Assembly: GCF_006345805.1 (NCBI RefSeq)
Contig: NC_042998.1
Location: forward strand, 127,410,001-127,474,000
DNA: 64,000 nt
From: Octopus sinensis
Taxonomy: Eukaryota
Reading direction: 5' to 3'
The position numbers and the translations under genes are program-made. Positions 56,341-64,000 of this stretch are shown here, in pieces. Below the pieces are notes generated by a model, which made no database searches, was not told the origin of the DNA, and saw only the letters and a program-made list of their open reading frames with translations. How positions within the stretch are numbered: the stretch's first letter is position 1; every line of letters begins with the position of its first letter.

Positions 56341-57728
56341 TGTATCTTTATATATGTCTATGTATACACTGCATAAAAATGTTAGGTCTAAAACCAGTTT
56401 GAAGATTATTTCATTCATTATTAATGCTTCTAATTCAAATTGATTCATCATTTTTGGTCGCTGTGTAATGGCTTCATTAGTTGTGCATTCAATATTTTGA
56501 AAAGAAAATATAACAGTTGCACTTGTATCGTAAACTGAACTGAGTGCAATTATAAATATTCTTTTATTATATCCTTGATGTGTAACAATATTATATATGT
56601 TTGTAAAACTATATGTATGTTTGCCCTTATAGAATTCCTTGTATGAACGTAACAACTTTAGCGTTTTTCTAAAAAACGGCCAATAGAAATATATATATCT
56701 GTTTCACTATCCATATAACAGTCACTGGTATATAAACAATTATTCAAAATATGCAGTTTTGTCCTTTGTGATCATGGACACGATTAGTAAATCTATATGA
56801 AGGAGTTCATTAATTTATTGACTCTATATATTCACACACACACACATAGCCAGCCATCGACTACCAACCCAAGCACCAAAACCCACACATACACACACAT
56901 AGGGCAGGCTTTTGCACTGTTTTGCGTGCTGAATTCCATTCACAAGTTATTGTTTATAGTAAACTTGAGGTTATATTCGAAGATATTTTCTAAAGATACA
57001 GCGCAATCGGATCGAACCCGAAACAACATGAAGGACTTGCTATATTTTGGAGATATTTGATTGTTTTTAATATTTAAATAAACGAATATTCTCATATGAG
57101 CTGAGAATATTTGTCTCCCATCACCTTATCTCTTCTAAAATTTGTGCCGTATAACTAATTCCAAATTTCGTGATTGCATTAGATAAACGACTTACTTTTA
57201 GAGTACATATACAATGCGGTCGTGTATTATTCAAATATTTCGCTAGAGATTGATATAAAATTTATAATTTCTTTATATTTATCCAATAACTCTCAATAAA
57301 AATATTTTTTTAGAATATGAATATTGTTTGTTTTTATACTGTAAAAATAATCTATTCACTGTAAAACATGAAATCGATTTAGATTTTCAAATGGCTAAAA
57401 TTTTGATAAAAAATACTAATGTTGTAAGTCATCGGTACATAAGTAGAGATAAAGCCACAAAGTGATTTCGTTATAAGAATAATGCTGAAGACTCCTTCAG
57501 ACAAGTAATAATGATGTTTTAGTTGGCCTCAACAACGTATATCTACAAGGTGTATCATTCTTCATCAAGGTCTATCGATATTACGAGATGATCGGGAAAG
57601 CAACGAAGTGTCGTAATTCATAACCCTTTTGTATTTACAACTGCTTACATTTTTCTGTCTCTCTCTCTCTCCATCGCTCTCTCTCTTCCCTCTTTCTTTC
57701 TCTCTCCTCTCTCTCTCTATCTCCATCG

Positions 57729-58474
<746 letters not shown>

Positions 58475-59109
58475 AATCTATCTGTCTACTAGAGTTCCAG
58501 TCGGAATCGAAAAAAATACCGTTGATATTGTCACTTTTACTAGCAACTTTAAATGTTAAAGAATCCATTATGTAGTTAAGATTATTCGAAAACACACAAA
58601 TACACAAAAACACACTGTGCCATATGTGTGAGGCTGAATTTTTAAATCTATGTCGCATTACATTATTCAATCTTTTTTACACATCTGCTGGTTATAGATG
58701 TACGTCTGACGTCATCTCTCAGACTCACACGCATACATGTACACATGCACACACGCACACTCTTTCGCACATTGACGTAAAAACGTATGCTGATAGTCCT
58801 CTATGCGCTTGTCTGCATATGAGTATGTCTTTACATGCATAAATACGCGTAGGTGTGTATTTTATTTTATTTTGTATATAAAGGTACTTTTGTATACATA
58901 TATGTAAACATACATATTTACACATATATGTATATCTACCTATGTACATATATGTATGTATGTGTGTATGTATGTATATGTATATATATACACACGCATA
59001 TATATGATTTTGATTTTGATTTTTCCAGTTTCAGCTAATGAGCTGTGGCCATGCTGGGGCACCGCCATATATATAGATATATAGATATATTCCTCTCTCT
59101 CTCTCTCTG

Positions 59110-59143
<34 letters not shown>

Positions 59144-59200
59144 CGTATATTCATATGCGCGTGTGCGTGCATCTGAATATAAATAAATATATATATATAT

Positions 59201-59482
59201 CACACGTGATCACGTGGCCGACCAGGCTATCAGAGGTCGTTACACCTCGCTCGTCACAATGCGCTTCGCATTGTTTTAGCCTTCAAATGACGCCACCCCG
59301 CTGGAGTGAGAGAACGTTGTGGTGAAAGAGTACAGCAGGGATCGCCACCACCCCCTGCCGGAGCCTCGTGGAGCTTTAGGTGTTTTTGCTCAATAAACAC
59401 TCACAACGCCCAGTCTGGGAATCGAAACCGCGATCCTACAACCTCGAGTCCGCTACCCTAACCACTGGGCCATTGCGCCCCC
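59201..59482 (-). mobile_element. tRNA-derived SINE family C
   Basis: Minus strand GGCGCAATGGCCCAGTGGTTAGGG (A box) ... GGTTTCGATTCCC (B box) followed by a non-tRNA body. Confidence 0.8.
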
Positions 59483-59496
59483 CATATATATATATG

Positions 59497-59556
<60 letters not shown>

Positions 59557-59627
59557 ATATATATGTATATATATGTATATATATATATTATATATATATA
59601 TATTATATATATATATATATTATATAT

Positions 59628-59656
<29 letters not shown>

Positions 59657-59658
<2 letters not shown>

Positions 59659-60011
59659 CACAATCAAGGAATGGCCATAATAGGCCATTCACCCACTAGA
59701 AATAACAGCCAAAGCTTCAACCGCAAAATAACATCAATTCCGCAAACCAGGAGAAAATTAAAAAAACATTTACCCTGTAATTTCTTATACGATGCACCGT
59801 TTCATCTATTGTTTAATGGTAAACTAACCTGATTAATCAGGTTAGTTTACCATTAAACAATAGATGAAACGGTGCATCGTATAAGAAATTACAGGGTAAA
59901 TGTTTTTTTAATTTTCTCCTGGTTTGCGGAATTGATGTTATTTTGCGGTTGAAGCTTTGGCTGTTATTTCTAGTGGTGAATGGCCTATTATGGCCATTCC
60001 TTGATTGTGAT
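59657..60011. repeat. Near-perfect 355-bp spacerless palindrome
   Basis: Centre CCTGATT|AATCAGG at 59834/59835; arms 178/177 bp, one indel seen. The right arm continues to ~60112 and the whole unit lies in (TA)n. Confidence 0.95.
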
Positions 60012-60107
60012 GTTGAACTTATAAATGGTCTATGACTATTTAATTTTTTCCCACTAGGCCGCTGGTGGCAAATAAATTCTACGAAATTTTTTGCCACCCT
60101 ATATTGA

Positions 60108-60157
<50 letters not shown>

Positions 60158-60689
60158 CTGTATGTATACTATAATTTCACACTTCGTATTAACCAATATA
60201 ACATTTTTTAATGAAGAATTGCGAGCAACCCAAAATAATATTATCTCTTAGAACCACATAGCTGATACGTCTGTGATGTTTACCATTTAATCTCTACTGT
60301 CTGCTTGCATTACGAAATTCATTGCTTGCAAGTTTTCCTCCATTCTATGATGTGCAATCCGTTGGCAGGTGCAAAATACCTGGTGATGTTAAATAATATG
60401 AAGACGAAATTCGTACATTAATACATAAAACCATTTATACATATAGACCATTTCATAATGCTAAATAATCATATACACAAATTAGAAAAAGTAATGAACA
60501 CATAGACATACACATACACATATGCATGTGTGGGTACGTGTGTATGTACATGAGTGTGTGGGTCTATTCTTGTTGTTCTCGTTTGAATATATGCTTGTAT
60601 AGTACTTTGAGTATATGTGCACGTAGAGGAATGTTTTCATGTACGAATGTAAGTACTTCGTCTTCATATTGTTTTACGAAATTATGATT

Positions 60690-61095
60690 CTTGTTACTCA
60701 GGTTCTATTGGAACTCCTGGAATCTTGCATGAGCAACAGGCTTGCTACCTCAGCCTGAGGTACCATGTTATCTTCTGTCTTCAACTATGTAATAGTTTTC
60801 TGATGATTCTAGCTTTCCAAAGAGGCAAACTGGGTACTCTACTGGGTACTCTATTCTTATTTCCTCTATATTCCTCTCAATAATTATACTATTCCCCAAG
60901 GCCCAAATAATAATTGGCACTATCTTCACTCTTTTCTTTTATTTTCCACTGTCGAGCTTTCTTGTATTTAAGAGGACTGTAACCGTTTAGTTTATTGCTT
61001 TCATTCTTAACTATTCGTGTGTCGAATAAGAACGCAATTTCAATTATAGAGCATAGACTTAGTGTGCTCAAGCATCTGGTCTGTTTAGATTGAGA
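60690..61095 (-). mobile_element. R4/Dong 3' region (subfamily 3-like), degenerate
   Basis: QTDQMLEH, IIEIAFLFDTRIV..YSPLKY..ARQWK, VPIIIWALG and IEEIRIEYPVE..ARIIRKLL*. Confidence 0.7.
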
Positions 61096-61151
61096 TTTCT
61101 TCTTCTTCTTATCATCATCATCATCATCATCATCATCATTATTATTATTAT

Positions 61152-61645
61152 TGAGTGAGAGGGTAGTGCATGTCGTCAAAGTGACACTTGGTTAAAATAT
61201 ACGCAGTCTAGTATACTCATCATGACTATCCGTCTGATAAGGTTACATCAGGCACATGCATCACAACCATATGTGTACGACATGGTGATCTCATATCAAA
61301 ATAAAGGGTGAATGACCTTGCAAGTGGGGACCAGTTAAGATTTTCTTCAGGTTGATTAACCCATCCCACTCAAAAGGTTCATGAATAAGGTTTGTTTAGG
61401 GATGATGAACTAAACACCCATGTTTCCAGAGGTGTAATGTTCAAACCCCAACGAATTTCTCTCAACACATGGTTATGATGCTCCCCCACTATTTCTGCTT
61501 GCGATCAGAGATGCACATATCGTCAGCCACTAAGGAACATGCTCAACTGGTTAAATTCGAACAACTGACAAGTAAATTTGAGGTATTGAGCAGAATATTT
61601 GCTGTAGCCTATCTTTTATAAAAAAAAAAAAACATGTACATGTTT
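61152..61645 (-). mobile_element. (TAA)n-associated retroelement copy 5
   Basis: Reverse complement of 23935-24460; its 3' end abuts (ATT)n at 61138-61152. Confidence 0.85.
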
Positions 61646-64000
61646 TCATTTCGTGTATGTCAAAGTGAATATTGAACCAGTTTTCTTCTTTTATTTTATT
61701 TTCTTTTATTTTTTTACAAATCGTTCACTTCAAATTCTATCATAACGCTATTTCAAAATAAACATAATTTTCTTTAACTTTACAGTATGTTATCATTGTC
61801 AAGGTATCTATGTAAGATAAACAGATTTGCAGTCGTTATTAACGGCAAAGAAGTTTAAGAACCGAATAAACTATAACTGAAGAGAATACACGAAAGTTTC
61901 ATATATTTAGGAACACTGAAATAAAGAAAAGTAGAAAATGAAGACTTATTTGAATTTGTAATGAACGATACTATTTTAAACATATGACAATAAGACGTAC
62001 AACTTACTGTAAGCAGAGAATTCTAACAACGCAATAAGTTAATCATATTGTAAATCAGTAACTTTGTATGTCGACTGGATAATAACAACAAAATATTTCA
62101 CAAGAAAATTTAAGACATGGAAATTATTTGCTGCATCGCTTCACACGTGATAAAGAACAGAAAAACAGCGAATGAAAGAAGAACAAAGAGAAAGTTTGTG
62201 GAAACGTTCTGTGCTAGTAGGATACACCGTGTTAGAGACAGATTGTGCGGGAAAGCACTAGGCATGCATAGTTTGAGTTAATGTAGTTAATAGATATAAA
62301 GTTTTTGATATAGAGATGTCAGTGTTTTACGGACCTTTCATATCATTCAAAACTGATGTTGATATTATTCAATGTAAATCGATAACGACGCAGATAAAAT
62401 AAAGTTGAATAAATGGAGTTGTAATATATTTAATCGCAGAATAATCCTTAATATTACTTGTCGATGCCTGGCAATGTTTTCGTCAATAAAATAAAAGTAC
62501 TCATTTTCAGGAAACTGTATTTGGCATGAATGACATAAGACGCATTACTATATGATTCAAGGCTATAAGGAAGATAGGATATTTGTAAATATCTTATTGA
62601 CGATGAAAAGATTTACTCATATTAAAATATGCATGAGAGTTGAGAATTTAGTGCAAACCAGCAATGATGAAAAAATTAATAATGGAAATATTCAGGGGTA
62701 TAAGATATATATATTAAAATACTTTTCATCAGGAGGTATAGAATTTCTTTGCACCGAATTACAGCTACATATTTACTTATTACAATGTCAATACATACTT
62801 TATTTGAAAATTAAGCAGACTGTGATGTAAGAAATGGGTATCGTATATCAAATCATTTTGTCTTGCTATATATCATATGCACTAAATCCACCAAACAGGA
62901 ATGGCATAGATGTTGTATTTAGAAAAGGGAAGTAGGAACTTACCTTCATAGATATACTTCATAATATATAAGCCGTATGAAATACAAAGGAAACAAATAC
63001 ACTTCATCGGTTCTGCCATAATAAATTATAAAATATAATGCTAAGTACAAATTACATTTAAACAAGGTGATTACTAATTAAAATTTCAGTCAACAAAAGC
63101 AATCAGGAAACAGAGGAAATGACAATAGCATTTTTTTAGGGTTGATATAATCAAATGTACCTTCCCACAACAAGCTTGTCTATGTAGTTAAACACTAATA
63201 TTATTGCATGTTATTTTCTGATGCTCTACTTACAATAATGGAAATAGTACAAACAACAATACTATCAGCAGAACGAACAACTGCAATAGGACAATTGTAT
63301 CATCTTTTCACAGGATACCATATAGCTAAACCCTGCATTAATAATAATAATAATCTTGAAAAGTACAATCATTAAAAATGTTTCTCGTATTCATGTAGAA
63401 AAACTGCATGAATACACTGAGCTCAAATGGTATTTTATTTGGCAAGTGGAACACTGAAAGAGGTTTTCGTAAATTTAGACATAGCAAAAATCTTATTCTA
63501 CTGTTTAATGTGTATATGATCAGTTTCTTTACTTTTTTTCTTTTTAAAGAAACCTATGAAATTGTGCTATGTCTTATCTCAGGAAAAATGTTTCCAGAGC
63601 TATTGAAGTTCCACGTTTTAAATACATTTGAAATTATAAAATCTCAGATGAGAATGTCGGTGATAGGAGAAAACAGAACATTTTCATTTGTTATCAGGGA
63701 GTCATTTGCAAATTGCTTGTCTGCAAAGTCAACATAATCAACAAAAACCTACAATCAGAATTTTTTAAAAATCAAAAGATAGCAACAATAAAATATAGTC
63801 ATATAACATCAGCTATTGTTATTGACATTATAGAACGGTTCGTGAGCCATCGTGGTCAATTTTCCAATGAACGAAGAAAGTAAATAATCAAGTATTGCTA
63901 TTAGTTCTTCACATTTTCTTGACAATTTAGAGATTTGGATTGTTAAATAATTTGTACAGAAATTTGAAGAGCATGATAGTATACTGCCAGAATTGGAGCA

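Noticed and set aside
59400-59482. tRNA-like sequence
   Set aside because: The A/B boxes belong to a SINE head; no closing acceptor stem or terminator.
59380-60196. Two ORFs with identical C-termini on opposite strands
   Set aside because: A consequence of the palindrome, not a gene pair.
61650-64000. AT-rich unique DNA with 92- and 109-aa ORFs
   Set aside because: No motifs, codon structure or splice pattern that could be supported.

Overview
AT-rich, microsatellite-saturated animal genomic DNA. The repeat types point to an octopod cephalopod (inference, no database search). There is no recognisable conserved host gene; the only candidate is a 426-codon Asn-rich ORF at 14851-16131 inside a plausible spliced exon. 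The rest is transposon debris: a Penelope-like element (PLE) GIY-YIG 3' end between inverted pseudo-LTRs, several R4/Dong-type RLE non-LTR retrotransposon 3' ends in (TAA)n, a ~520-bp non-coding (TAA)n-associated retroelement in five copies, CR1-, RTE- and Tx1/L1-like LINE relics, two mariner relics, a probable hAT relic and three tRNA-derived SINE families. A 100-N gap is flanked by a ~960-bp probable false duplication. The main hidden signal is at least nine minimal type-I hammerhead-ribozyme (HHR) motifs from about seven unrelated short non-coding repeat families. Many of these sit in (TA)n and are arranged as terminal direct repeats or fold-back palindromes, as expected for non-autonomous PLE/retrozyme-like RNAs. 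One motif (58135-58210) is fully canonical and one carries a compensatory U3-A8 core. Coordinates were read by eye and repeat boundaries are approximate.
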